Positions 10,558 to 22,595 are shown, counted from the first letter of the stretch. The stretch is 64,000 nt of DNA from Candidatus Melainabacteria bacterium (GCA_963845445.1 CAWJSE010000001.1:6684-70683), one strand, 5' to 3'. Numbers and translations are program-made. Notes: a model not told the origin generated them from the letters alone.

Positions 10558-10796
10558 ATATAAACATTTGAGCGAGCAAAAGCGCCGATGCAATAGTACG
10601 CCAGCATATAAGTTTTGCTGCGTACTATTGTAGCCTCGCGAAGCGGTTAAGGATACGCGCGTATGAGGCGAGGGACGAAGCCGAAGCAGCGCCAAGGATA
10701 TAAACATTTGAGCGAGCAAAAGCGCCGGTGAGGCGGTTGCAGCGAAGCGGTTAAGGATACGCGCGTATGAGGCGAGGGACGAAGCCGAAGCAGCGC
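10558..10796 (+). repeat. Two direct copies of a GC-rich intergenic repeat (135 bp and 99 bp)
   Basis: atataaacatttgagcgagcaaaagcgcc occurs at 10558 and 10698. gcgaagcggttaaggatacgcgcgtatgaggcgagggacgaagccgaagcagcgc occurs identically at 10638-10692 and 10742-10796. The core ggatacgcgcgt..gaggcga..gaagccga.gcagcgc is shared with 31079-31396. Confidence 0.9.
10591..10630. other. Long hairpin inserted in repeat copy 1
   Basis: caatagtacg(c)cagca-tataagttt-tgctgcgtactattg forms a 15-bp stem with one bulge and a 9-nt loop. There is no U-tract on either strand, so it is not a canonical intrinsic terminator. Confidence 0.7.
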
Positions 10797-10801
10797 TTAT
10801 A

Positions 10802-12090
<1,289 letters not shown>

Positions 12091-12110
12091 AATTCTTTTT
12101 TGTCCGGAGT

Positions 12111-13439
<1,329 letters not shown>

Positions 13440-13684
13440 TTAGGTTTGATAGCTATTCGATAAGTAATTGGCAGTGTCAGACTTTATCGCAAATTTAATG
13501 CTAAACAAAAAATTTTACTGCAAATTAGAGCAATTTTAAGTATAATCCTGCCCATAGGGATCTCCACTATTAAATGCTGGACTTCCACATAAAACAGAAA
13601 TATACAGGACAAATTTACAAAATATCGTTACTAAATTCGTTTATCCCCACCAAATATTTGAGAACCTAGAAAAGATGGCTAATT

Positions 13685-14050
13685 GTGAGACACGTCCCTG
13701 GAGGAAGTTTTCAGGCTATTCAAGAATACTTCCAGCAAAAATCGTGCCGTTATTGCGCGAATCAGTTTTCTGCTGATGGTATTCAGTTATTGAGAGAAGA
13801 GCCTGGTGTATTCGTAGTGAGAGTAACCTGTCAATCCTGCGGACATCCTTTAGGAGTAGCAATTGTCGGCGCTGCCAATAATCAGGTTAAAAAAGAAAGA
13901 AAGTTACCTACTGACTGGACGCGAAAAGACGCCAATCGTTTTTGCAACTTGCCACCTATTTCTTTTGACGATGTGCTTGCCGCTCATGAGTTCTTCTCGC
14001 AGCTAGATGCTGGCTGGCAGCGCTATTTGCCTCATAAACAAGCAAGCTGA
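13685..14050 (+). CDS. Hypothetical zinc-ribbon protein
   Basis: 121-aa ORF with CRYC...CQSC cysteine pairs; GTG start; no other recognisable domain. Confidence 0.45.
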   Translation: MRHVPGGSFQAIQEYFQQKSCRYCANQFSADGIQLLREEPGVFVVRVTCQSCGHPLGVAIVGAANNQVKKERKLPTDWTRKDANRFCNLPPISFDDVLAAHEFFSQLDAGWQRYLPHKQAS

Positions 14051-14266
14051 GATCAGCTTGACAAATAAGTAGCAATCGCTTAATACTCTCCTCATTAATT
14101 GCCAAGCAGTTATTAATGAAAAATCTGGTGTTATAAGGGACTTTGCGCTAGCATAGTAGTGTAGAGCGCTTGCCCTTTAGATCGTCTATTTATCTTTGAT
14201 TTTGGGGCGATTCTGCAAAGTCCAACGAAACCTTTTAAAACGTCCGGAATTAGTCTAGGCAAACAT

Positions 14267-15214
14267 ATGGTTTCAGACAATACAAATGAGAACGAAAAAT
14301 TTATAGAGCGGTTGGTTGCACCTATCCGCAATGATCTGCTGTCTGGTGCAGCAGAAATTGCTTTACAGGCAATAGTGGTATTCAAAACTGTTCTTTCCTT
14401 TAATCAAAATACTGAGGTTAAAGAGTTAAGAGAGAATCTTAAGCTGACAGGTTTAAAACTGATTGAGGCGCAGCCGGCAATGGCTTCATTAGTAAATTTG
14501 GCCAATGTGGTTTTGGCTGCTGCAAATAAAGCCAACTCCGCCGATCAAATTAAACAAGATTGCCTGACAGCACTGAATCTATTTGAAAAAGTATTATGTG
14601 ACAGCGTTGCAAAGATAGCTGAAACCGCCTTAAGTCTTTTGCCGCCCGGTGAAATGGTATTCGCTTATTCCTTTAGTTCCACCGTCGTCAGCTGTCTATT
14701 GAATGCTCGGGCCAAAGGTCGGTATTTCCGAGTGGCTTGTTCTGAATCTCGTCCTAGCATGGAGGGACACAAATTAGCTAGCCATCTGGCTTCTGGTGGC
14801 ATAGAAGTGATTTTGACAGTCGACTCAGCTATGGGCATGATTCTACCTACTTGTAGTATTGCCTTCATGGGCTGTGATGCCATAAGCAGCCCTGGCATAG
14901 TAAATAAATCTGGTTCGCTTTTACTCGCTTTGGCCTGTCATGAAATGAACATACCTTTGTATGCTCTTTGTGACACCACAAAATTCATTGACGAAGAGCG
15001 CTTTTTTGAGTTCGAAAATCATCAGCGTCCCGGTATAGAAGTTTGGGAAGATGCACCGCCTGGAGTTACTATCTTAAACAGACAGTTTGAGTTAATACCA
15101 TTCGATTACGTTACTGGGCTAATTACCGAAAATGGACTTTTTACTGCCAACGAGATGCCAAAATATATTTCTAAATTACCTAAGGATCAAAGCGTGCAAA
15201 CAATCATTGGCTAG
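14267..15214 (+). CDS. eIF-2B alpha/beta/delta-like family protein (sugar-phosphate isomerase family)
   Basis: SFSSTVVSCL...FRVACSESRPSMEGHKLA..L...GIEV...DSAMG...MGCDAI...GIVNKSGS..LALAC follows the IF-2B family pattern. Confidence 0.7.
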   Translation: MVSDNTNENEKFIERLVAPIRNDLLSGAAEIALQAIVVFKTVLSFNQNTEVKELRENLKLTGLKLIEAQPAMASLVNLANVVLAAANKANSADQIKQDCLTALNLFEKVLCDSVAKIAETALSLLPPGEMVFAYSFSSTVVSCLLNARAKGRYFRVACSESRPSMEGHKLASHLASGGIEVILTVDSAMGMILPTCSIAFMGCDAISSPGIVNKSGSLLLALACHEMNIPLYALCDTTKFIDEERFFEFENHQRPGIEVWEDAPPGVTILNRQFELIPFDYVTGLITENGLFTANEMPKYISKLPKDQSVQTIIG

Positions 15215-15221
15215 AAGGCGA

Positions 15222-15767
15222 ATGATTAATGTTTATAGTTTTGTATTGATTCTGATTATAGGGCAGTTTTGGTCAATGAATATTGCACAAGCAAAATTTG
15301 GTGATTCAATAGATAAGTTCAGACAAAAAATGGCAAGCCATTTCACTTATCTAAATACAGAAAAGAAAAATGCCAAAATCTATCATCATTTTTCGGTAGT
15401 TACAGACAGTAAGATAGGGTCAGCTGATCCCGGCTTTGCTGGCGGATTAACTATAACGACTGAAAATGGAAAAATGACAGGCGAATCGCTGCTTGTCAAA
15501 CTAGGAATCGCTGACGATATTGGTAAACGACTGGCGGCGACGCTTTGTTTAAATTTAGCCTATGACGCCTTAGGCAAACCAATACCGTCGACTGATCAAG
15601 ATCAAAAGGCAGAGTACGACGCCTATTTCAGGGCGGTCGACGATGCGATGTCACGTCAGGCAGGTCACATAAGTTATTCTGGTTATTCAAGCCAGCTTCT
15701 TTTTTCACAAACAAATGACGGTAATTTGTTATTCGTTATAAATCCTAGCTCTTCAGCTAAAAACTAA
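15222..15767 (+). CDS. Hypothetical secreted protein
   Basis: In-frame ATG at 15222 gives the signal peptide MINVYSFVLILIIGQFWSMNIAQA. The upstream part of ORF 15132 overlaps the previous gene. Confidence 0.5.
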   Translation: MINVYSFVLILIIGQFWSMNIAQAKFGDSIDKFRQKMASHFTYLNTEKKNAKIYHHFSVVTDSKIGSADPGFAGGLTITTENGKMTGESLLVKLGIADDIGKRLAATLCLNLAYDALGKPIPSTDQDQKAEYDAYFRAVDDAMSRQAGHISYSGYSSQLLFSQTNDGNLLFVINPSSSAKN

Positions 15768-15768
15768 A

Positions 15769-17051
15769 TTAAGGATAGAGTCCCCGTATATGTCGAGCCT
15801 CAATCACTCTAGTAAGAGCTATTTGCATAGCAGCATCACGCAAAGAAAGACCATTATTGTTAGCCAAATCGAAAACATGATTGCAAGTTTCGACAACTAG
15901 ATCCTTAAGACGCTGCAAAGTTTCTTCCTCAGTCCATAAAAGTCTTATGATTCCTTGCACCCATTCGTAATAAGCAATAGACAATCCCGCCGCATTAGCC
16001 AATATATCTGGTACTAACAGAATCCTTCTTTCTTGCAAAATGACATCAGCTTCAGGAGTAGTCGGAGCATTAGCTCCCTCAACAACTAATTTACATCTTA
16101 ATCGCCGCGCATTTTCAATATTAATCTGGTTGGGTATGGCACAAGGAATAAGAACATCACATTCTTTCTCTAATAATTCCTCGTTAGTAATCCGCTGCGC
16201 CTCAGTATAATCTTTTAAGCTGACTGCCGTTCCATCAGCCTTCATAAGCTTATCCCAGTCAATACCCTTCTCATTGAATATCGCACCACTGCTGTCAGCT
16301 ATGCCCAGAATCTTGTAACCATGGTCGTGCAAAATTTTTGCAGCGGCAGAACCCACGCTCCCGAAACCTTGAATAATGACGCTTGGAACTTTGCCCCCTA
16401 TCTTGAGGCGCTTAACTGCTTCCAAAGTACACAAAGCTACCCCAAGCCCGGTTGCCTCGATCAGGCTAACAGAACCGCCTATGGATTTGGGCTTGCCAGT
16501 AACCACGGATGGTACCGTATAACCAACGTTCATGCTAAATGTGTCCATGACCCAAGCCATAGTTTGCTCACTGGTATTCAGATCCGGACCTGTGATATCT
16601 TGATTTGGACCAAGAAAGGGGATCATCTCAGACACATAGCGCCTGGTCAATCGTTCATTTTCTCTCAGGCTTAAAGTCTTCGCATCCACTCTTATGCCAC
16701 CATGAGCACCACCAAATGGAATATTCATAAGTGAGCATTTCCAAGTCATAAGCATGGCCATGGCTGCCACCGAACCCAAATTTACTCCTGGATGAAATCT
16801 AATGCCGCCTGCCCCAGGCCCAGGGCTAAATCGTATTGAACTCTGTAGCCCCAATATGACTTGACATCACCCTTGTCCAGATTTATCGGTAAAACTACTG
16901 CTATCGATCTCTTTGGCTGTTTAAGCGGACTTATTACATTATCATCCAGTCCAAGACGCTTCGCCGTACTGAGCAAACGACTTTGAGCCATAAGAAAATC
17001 TTCGTTTTCCCATTCGTTTTGCATTGGCGTTTGAACAGATTTATGGACCAT
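15769..17051 (-). CDS. Glu/Leu/Phe/Val dehydrogenase-family protein with a non-canonical active site (frame-shifted as assembled)
   Basis: ORFs 16782-17051 and 15769-16854 join near A3 16828-16830 (GYRVQYD-FSPGPGAGGIRFHP). It has the MTWKCSLMNIPFGGAHGGIRVD signature region and a Rossmann GFGSVG. Family lysines are replaced (GPGAGG, GGAHGG). Confidence 0.85.
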
Positions 17052-17053
17052 TT

Positions 17054-18118
17054 TTAATTTACAGCCTTTGGGGGAATGAGACCAAATTTCTCTAATTGAT
17101 ATTCTAATACTTTTTCCTTTGGCTTAAAGGTATGAATGGAATCAAGCTTTAGAAATTGAATTGCTGAATTTATGAGATCCGTCTCGCTAGCTAAGCTTTC
17201 GTCGGATTTTCCGTCGGTCTTCCAGACAAAACTGCCTGCATCTAATAGCGCGGCTAATGGTACTAGCCCTATAATCTCGCTACCACTTACAGAAACTCCA
17301 AGCTCACTTGCCAACCTTGACACTCCAAGATAGGCTTGGTGCAAGGAAGTTGTTCTATAGTCAAGCAAATTAAGCGAAACTTGGCAGCATCCATATCCTT
17401 TTACATACCAGCCTATCGCTTGTATTTCTTGCCACATGCCAATCTCTTGCTGCGCTTGGACTTCTTTATAGTGAGAGACAATTTGTTGATAGTGTTGTCT
17501 GCGATCGCGAATTGCTTGAGCAATGGCTTTGGCAATATTTACATCTTGAGTATTTAAGTTAATATTATAGGCTACCAAGATTTTTCGTGCACCAATAGCG
17601 GTGGCACCGGATTTTGCATTGCAGGCTACCGGTCCAAAATCTGGCTTGAATAGTAGTTCGTCAATTCGTAAAAATAGATTTTCGTATTCTCCAGCACGAA
17701 TATAAGACAATGATTTTCTCTCCGGTAACCGTGCTGATTCTGCATAGAGGTAGACTGGCAGTCCCAACTCACTTCCTACTCGATGGGCCAACTGTTTGCT
17801 CAGCTCAATACACTCAGACATTTCAATATTAGCTAGAGGCACCAATGGACAAACATCAACAGCCCCTATACGCGGATGCGATCCTTTATGCGTCCGCATA
17901 TCAATAAGCTCAATTGTTTTAGCTATAAGCTTAAAAGCAGCTTCGCAAACGGTCACTGGTGAGGCAACCATAGTTAGCACAGTGCGGTTTACATCAGCTC
18001 CGCTGTCCTGGTGCAAAATATAAGCATTATTTGTACCGGCGACAGAACATACAATTTGATCAATTATCGCTTTATCTCTACCTTCACTAATATTAGGAAC
18101 ACACTCAATTAATTGCAT
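17054..18118 (-). CDS. Glutamate formimidoyltransferase (FtcD N-terminal type)
   Basis: MQLIECVPNISEGRD, NRTVLTMV, HKGSHPRIGAVDVCPLVP, VYLYAESA and RAGEYE blocks. Confidence 0.85.
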   Translation of the reverse strand: MQLIECVPNISEGRDKAIIDQIVCSVAGTNNAYILHQDSGADVNRTVLTMVASPVTVCEAAFKLIAKTIELIDMRTHKGSHPRIGAVDVCPLVPLANIEMSECIELSKQLAHRVGSELGLPVYLYAESARLPERKSLSYIRAGEYENLFLRIDELLFKPDFGPVACNAKSGATAIGARKILVAYNINLNTQDVNIAKAIAQAIRDRRQHYQQIVSHYKEVQAQQEIGMWQEIQAIGWYVKGYGCCQVSLNLLDYRTTSLHQAYLGVSRLASELGVSVSGSEIIGLVPLAALLDAGSFVWKTDGKSDESLASETDLINSAIQFLKLDSIHTFKPKEKVLEYQLEKFGLIPPKAVN

Positions 18119-18215
18119 ATTCTGAATAAATGAGAGGAATCCCTAATTTGGAAGGCTTTGATCTCTATATTGCTATTATTATACAACCTTAGTCATCAGT
18201 AGTCTCTCAGTCTTC

Positions 18216-20024
18216 TCATTGATCCTGGGTCTGAGTCTGGCTAGGCGTTGTCATTGTATTGCCACCATACGGATTAGGATCGGAGGTTTGATTGGGATTG
18301 GTATAGCCAGGATCGCTGCCTTGACTGGAGCTGGAAGATGATGGGGGGCTTAAAGTTGCTCCATCATTTTGATTAGAATTCGGGGCTGAGTTATTAGAAC
18401 CTTGACCAGAACTGCCAGGCATGCTACCTCCGCCTTGCCCTGCATTTCCACCTGTGGAAGCTCCGCTAGATCCAGGAGTACCTTGAGCACCACTAGATGC
18501 TGCCGCGCCTTGTCCTCCTTTTCCTCCGGGAGCGCCTTGAGTTCCGTTAGCTCCGGCTGCACCTTTGCCTCCAAGTCCAGCCGGGGCTCCGCTAGCTCCT
18601 GCGCCACCTTTACCTGCTGCGCCGCCTTTGCCGCCTAAGCCACCATGACCTCCAAGACCACCACCATTGCGTAAATCGCGCCCAATATTTCGTCTGTCTT
18701 GGCCAATATTCTTTTCGTCATTGTGGATGTTTTTCTTGTCTTGACCAATATTTTTTCTGTCATTAGCTATATTCTTCTGGTCATTGCCAATATTCTTTTT
18801 GTCATTTGCAATATTTTGTTTGTCTTTAGCTATATTGCTTTGATCTTTCGCCAACTGTTGCTTTTCTTGGTTAACATTGCCCTTTCCGGCTTTAATATTG
18901 CTCTCCAATTTCTGCATATTTTTCTGAGTATTGGCCATATTTCTTTCGTTTTGACCGATATTTTGTTGGTTCTTACCAATATTTCTTTCATTTTTACCGA
19001 TATTGTTTCTATCTTGGCCAATATTTCTTTCGTTCTGCCCGATATTGCGGCGATCGGCTCCGATATTTCTTTCGTTTTTACCTATATTGCCTCCGGCATG
19101 CCCGAAGTCATTGCGTAAATTGCTGCCAATGTCTCGCCTGTCTTGACCTATACTACGTCGATCGCTTCGAATATTTTGTTTGTCGCTACCGATAGTCTTT
19201 CTGTCGCTGGCAATGTTTTGTTTGTCTTTACCGATAGTTTTTTTATCGCTAGCAATATTTTGCTTGTCTTTAGCTACATTGCTTTGGTCATTCGTCAGCC
19301 GCTGCTCTTCTTGGCTAACATTGCCCTTTCCCTTGTTAATATTGCGTTCTAAATGCTGCATGTTTTGCTCGGTGCGAGCCATATTTCTTTCGTTTTGACC
19401 AATATTATTTCTCTCCTGCCCGATATTTCTTTCGTTCTGTCCGATATTATTTCTTTCTTGGCCAATATTTCTTTCGTTCTGCCCGATATTGCGGCGATCA
19501 GCCCCAATATTTTGTCTCACCGATCCCAGACCACGTCCGGCATAGCCAATATTATTGGCTGAGGCTTGATAGTTTTGAGCTCCGGCTAGAGTACTGCTAT
19601 TGGCCAAGCCTGAATTATGTCCCCAATTAAATTCTTGAACATGGGAGTTTCTCGAGTTTTGAGCGCCTTCATAGTGATAAGATGTGCCACCATTTGCAGA
19701 TTGACCTTCACGTCTAAAACCGGCAGCACCCACATTGTTTCCATTATGTCCGCCGCCTCCTCCGTTACGTCGGCCACCGCCACCACTATGAAAATTCTCA
19801 CGACGTTCTTCTCCACCATGACCCCAACTGTGATCGCTATTGCTCTCGTATCGCCGTTCACCGCCGCCATGGCCGCCACCTCCATGCCCTCCGGAATTAT
19901 AGTGCGGTGCAGCATGCCCGCCGCCACCGTGACCGCCTCCTCTTGCTTGCGCAACTAATGGCAAAGAACCTGCCAGGAGAATACTGATAACAGTAATTGC
20001 AGATAGCTGGAATTTAGTCCTCAT
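18216..20024 (-). CDS. Secreted highly repetitive protein (His/Gly-rich N-terminus, about 40 N-I-G heptads, Gly-rich and S/T/P/Q-rich C-terminus)
   Basis: Signal peptide MRTKFQLSAITVISILLAGSLPLVAQA. This is the only long frame contiguous with a signal peptide. Repeats such as NIGQNER/NIGQERN/NIASDKK/TIGKDKQ hold a strict 7-residue register. Confidence 0.7.
   Translation of the reverse strand: MRTKFQLSAITVISILLAGSLPLVAQARGGGHGGGGHAAPHYNSGGHGGGGHGGGERRYESNSDHSWGHGGEERRENFHSGGGGRRNGGGGGHNGNNVGAAGFRREGQSANGGTSYHYEGAQNSRNSHVQEFNWGHNSGLANSSTLAGAQNYQASANNIGYAGRGLGSVRQNIGADRRNIGQNERNIGQERNNIGQNERNIGQERNNIGQNERNMARTEQNMQHLERNINKGKGNVSQEEQRLTNDQSNVAKDKQNIASDKKTIGKDKQNIASDRKTIGSDKQNIRSDRRSIGQDRRDIGSNLRNDFGHAGGNIGKNERNIGADRRNIGQNERNIGQDRNNIGKNERNIGKNQQNIGQNERNMANTQKNMQKLESNIKAGKGNVNQEKQQLAKDQSNIAKDKQNIANDKKNIGNDQKNIANDRKNIGQDKKNIHNDEKNIGQDRRNIGRDLRNGGGLGGHGGLGGKGGAAGKGGAGASGAPAGLGGKGAAGANGTQGAPGGKGGQGAAASSGAQGTPGSSGASTGGNAGQGGGSMPGSSGQGSNNSAPNSNQNDGATLSPPSSSSSSQGSDPGYTNPNQTSDPNPYGGNTMTTPSQTQTQDQ
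18660..19560 (-). repeat. 21-bp tandem repeats (heptad-coding) organised as two blocks of about 450 bp
   Basis: Block motifs GADRRNIGQNERNIGQ...NERNMA.T..NM..LE.NI..GKGNV.QE.Q.L..DQSN.AKDKQNIA.DKK.IG.D..NIA.DRK.IG.DK.NI..D...IGQDRR.IG..LRN occur twice in the translation. Confidence 0.85.
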
Positions 20025-20386
20025 TGTCTTATCCTCCGAATCAGATAATTTATTGCATTAGAGTTGCGGTTATAAGCTACTAGTTCAAGTTACTAGAGCG
20101 ATGGCAACAATATGTTTCTTATTAACGTCCTAATTACCGTTATATCAGCCTGCCTGTGTAGACTATGTGAATTTTATAAAGTTGGCATTTGATTTAATAA
20201 TTGTTCAACGGCAGCTGGAACGGTTAACTGGTAATAGAATCGGACGATCACGTTAGGATTTTCGAACAAAATTATTCAAAGGAATCTCAGCCTAAAGAGT
20301 AGACACTCATACAGGTTTTTTAGGCTGGCATTCCTCTATATAGATATCGGGTTTGCAAAAGGAATTTTACAAGTGAGAAAATGCGA

Positions 20387-21388
20387 TTAGAATACACCGG
20401 CATTCAATTTCTTCAGCAACGGCATATATTCACTCTCTCTAATTGTGTCTAAAAACTGTTTCCAGAATTCTTCTTTTGTAGGTTGCCATTCAACTTCCCC
20501 TGACTGATGGTTTATTGTTTGCAATTGAATTTTCCCAGGATAGATCAATTCCAATAGTTTTTTTGCCGAAGGGGCATTTCCTGAATATACAAGCTCCAAC
20601 ATATTCTCTACGACGGCTGGGAAGACTGCCTGTTTGTTGCCTTCATGCTTAAGATATACAGGATCATTTTGAGACAGAATTTGACTATTTAATTTTGCCG
20701 CAAGAGAAGCTAAAGCAGCGGATGATAACGGGGGTTTACGCATGTCTTGAAGGGAGGGAACAAATGATTGGCCATTCCATCTTAGTGTCACCTCAGGGTT
20801 AGGACGGTATACATTGGCGGTAGTCAGACACTCCCAATATAAATAGCCATCGTTGTTGTCGCCCACTTTAATGACATATTGAGCTTTCTTACTAGCTTGA
20901 TCTGACCTTACAAAAACAATCGGGCCAATATGATCTGAGATTTCGAATATTTTTCTAGGACCTTGGGAGGCTAAGGTAAAAATGCTGTACTGATAGTTAT
21001 TACTATTACCGCCCAGAGAACGCACCAAAATAATCTCTGGCAGTCCATCACCATTAATGTCTTTGGCTATCGGATAAGGTGATATATTATAACCATCTTC
21101 ATAGATCTGATTACGTGTCTGACTGCGCTGTGCATCTATAAATCCGAACAGATTACCATCATCTTGATCACTTTGTTTAAGAGAACGCCTAAGCACCACT
21201 TTTCCATTTAAGGATACTGTGAAAGACTGCAATTTGATTTCTGAAGGATCTTCCTGATAAAAATGTTCGGTGAATTTATATCGTCCTAGCTGTATGTTTT
21301 TTGTAAGCTTTTGCCGGTCGACAGCCGCTGCAGTTCCACATGTCGATATAAAAAACACGGATATAAAAAACAAAGAAATGATTTTCAT
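20387..21388 (-). CDS. Hypothetical lipoprotein/secreted protein with an FG-GAP/VCBS-like motif
   Basis: ATG at 21388 gives MKIISLFFISVFFISTCG (possible lipobox), plus DINGDGLPEIILV. The longer ORF to 21499 overlaps tRNA-Ser. Confidence 0.5.
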   Translation of the reverse strand: MKIISLFFISVFFISTCGTAAAVDRQKLTKNIQLGRYKFTEHFYQEDPSEIKLQSFTVSLNGKVVLRRSLKQSDQDDGNLFGFIDAQRSQTRNQIYEDGYNISPYPIAKDINGDGLPEIILVRSLGGNSNNYQYSIFTLASQGPRKIFEISDHIGPIVFVRSDQASKKAQYVIKVGDNNDGYLYWECLTTANVYRPNPEVTLRWNGQSFVPSLQDMRKPPLSSAALASLAAKLNSQILSQNDPVYLKHEGNKQAVFPAVVENMLELVYSGNAPSAKKLLELIYPGKIQLQTINHQSGEVEWQPTKEEFWKQFLDTIRESEYMPLLKKLNAGVF

Positions 21389-21398
21389 ATAAGAATAG

Positions 21399-21491
21399 TG
21401 GCGGAGAGGCAGGGATTTGAACCCTGGATACAGCTTTTGACCGTATAACTTCTTAGCAGGAAGCCGCTTTCGACCACTCAGCCACCTCTCC
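21399..21491 (-). tRNA. tRNA-Ser (anticodon GCU)
   Basis: Reverse complement is GGAGAGGTGGCTGAGTGGTCGAAAGCGGCTTCCTGCTAAGAAGT...long variable arm...CAGGGTTCAAATCCCTGCCTCTCCGCCA. It has a 7-bp acceptor stem, anticodon loop CTGCTAA, a T-loop TTCAAAT and an encoded CCA. Confidence 0.9.
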
Positions 21492-21698
21492 AAGTTCAAT
21501 GACGCTTAACCATTGGCAAGAGTCATATAGATAAAAAACTATAGCATGCCAACAAGCATAGAGCTCACTATATACAATTCAAATTCATAATTTCTTGAGT
21601 TGGTTTGGGTTGCTTTATTAACGGTTGTCTTAGCTGTTAGACCAAATGATTAAAAAGAACCACTCTTTTCAGCAATGGAACAAATAGCTTATCCAAAT

Positions 21699-22595
21699 TT
21701 ACAACAAACCAAGAACTACAATACAAATCCAATAAAAGGAAATTGGCGCACAAAAGATAAGACTATCGCCGCGATCAAGAAAACCACCATGGCCAGGAAT
21801 GGCTGAACCAGAGTCCTTTAGTCCAGCATCTCGTTTAAGTAATGATTCACAAAGATCTCCTAGTTGCCCGGCTAAAGATCCCAATATGCCCATAAGCGGT
21901 GCCTGTAATAATTTATGGTGAAAAGGCGGAATGGCAAAGAGCCAATTGTCTGACAAGTAAACAACTAAGGTAGCAAAGAACGTGGCAGCTATAAGCCCAG
22001 CGACAGCGCCTTCGATAGTCTTTTTGGGGCTTATTTGAGGAAACAACAAATGCTTACCAAACTTCTTGCCGACATAATATGCAAAAACATCAGTTGCCCA
22101 AATTATAAATAAGCTCACCCAAACATAGGCTAAACCTGGCTGTTGCAAAGGATTAGCCATTTTTTCAACTCCAGGCGGGCAAAGATTACGCAATAAAACA
22201 AGATGACTAGGAAGCCAACCAACATATATAACGCCAAGAATTGTAGTAGCAATATCAGCAATGGTGGCAGGTGGTTGCTCATTACGAAATAAAAGACGGA
22301 AAAAGGCTATGCAAAGTCCGACTGTAAATACTATCGGAAAGTGCTCCAAAGAAAAATTCCAAGGCAGGTCTACCCCTGGAAGAGAAGGCAAAGAAGCCAC
22401 CACAAAGAAGGCAATTATCATGCCAAGAATTATACGAACAGACGGTCTGAATCCTTTCGCACGGGCAATGGCAATAAATTCCTGCCCAGCAATAAAACAA
22501 GCAGTACCAAGCAAAGCAGCAAACAGCACGCCACCCACTATAATGCCAATTATGGCGATAAAAAATAAAGTCCAGCCGTAAATAAGACGCTTCAT
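21699..22595 (-). CDS. cdsA: Phosphatidate cytidylyltransferase
   Basis: Polytopic membrane protein with C-terminal signature KRDAGLKDSGSAIPGHGGFLDRGDSLIF. Confidence 0.9.
   Translation of the reverse strand: MKRLIYGWTLFFIAIIGIIVGGVLFAALLGTACFIAGQEFIAIARAKGFRPSVRIILGMIIAFFVVASLPSLPGVDLPWNFSLEHFPIVFTVGLCIAFFRLLFRNEQPPATIADIATTILGVIYVGWLPSHLVLLRNLCPPGVEKMANPLQQPGLAYVWVSLFIIWATDVFAYYVGKKFGKHLLFPQISPKKTIEGAVAGLIAATFFATLVVYLSDNWLFAIPPFHHKLLQAPLMGILGSLAGQLGDLCESLLKRDAGLKDSGSAIPGHGGFLDRGDSLIFCAPISFYWICIVVLGLL

Noticed and set aside
10534-10719. 61-aa minus-strand ORF between the rpaB-like gene and ahcY
   Set aside because: It lies wholly inside the GC-rich repeats and hairpin between two convergent genes. 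It has no motif and is most likely a by-product of the repeat composition.
10558-10796. Possible CRISPR array formed by the GC-rich repeats here and at 31079-31396
   Set aside because: The units are 98-135 bp, directly abutting and mutually similar along most of their length. There are no short conserved repeats separated by unique spacers of regular size, and no cas genes in the window.
18216-18640. Collagen-like triple-helix region in the Gly-rich C-terminus of the repetitive secreted protein
   Set aside because: Only about seven consecutive G-X-Y triplets (GAAGANGTQGAPGGKGGQGAA) keep register. Elsewhere glycine spacing is irregular, so this is a generic Gly-rich low-complexity segment.
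18350-19958. Multiple sense and antisense ORFs inside the heptad-repeat gene (e.g. 18699-19118, 19143-19562, 19586-19954, 19617-19958)
   Set aside because: They are artefacts of the 21-bp periodic sequence, for example antisense I/L/F/V-rich strings. None has a signal peptide or start context comparable to the 18216-20024 frame.
21389-21499. N-terminal extension of ORF 20387-21499
   Set aside because: The extension is the antisense-free overlap with tRNA-Ser(GCU). The internal ATG at 21388 gives a proper signal or lipoprotein leader.
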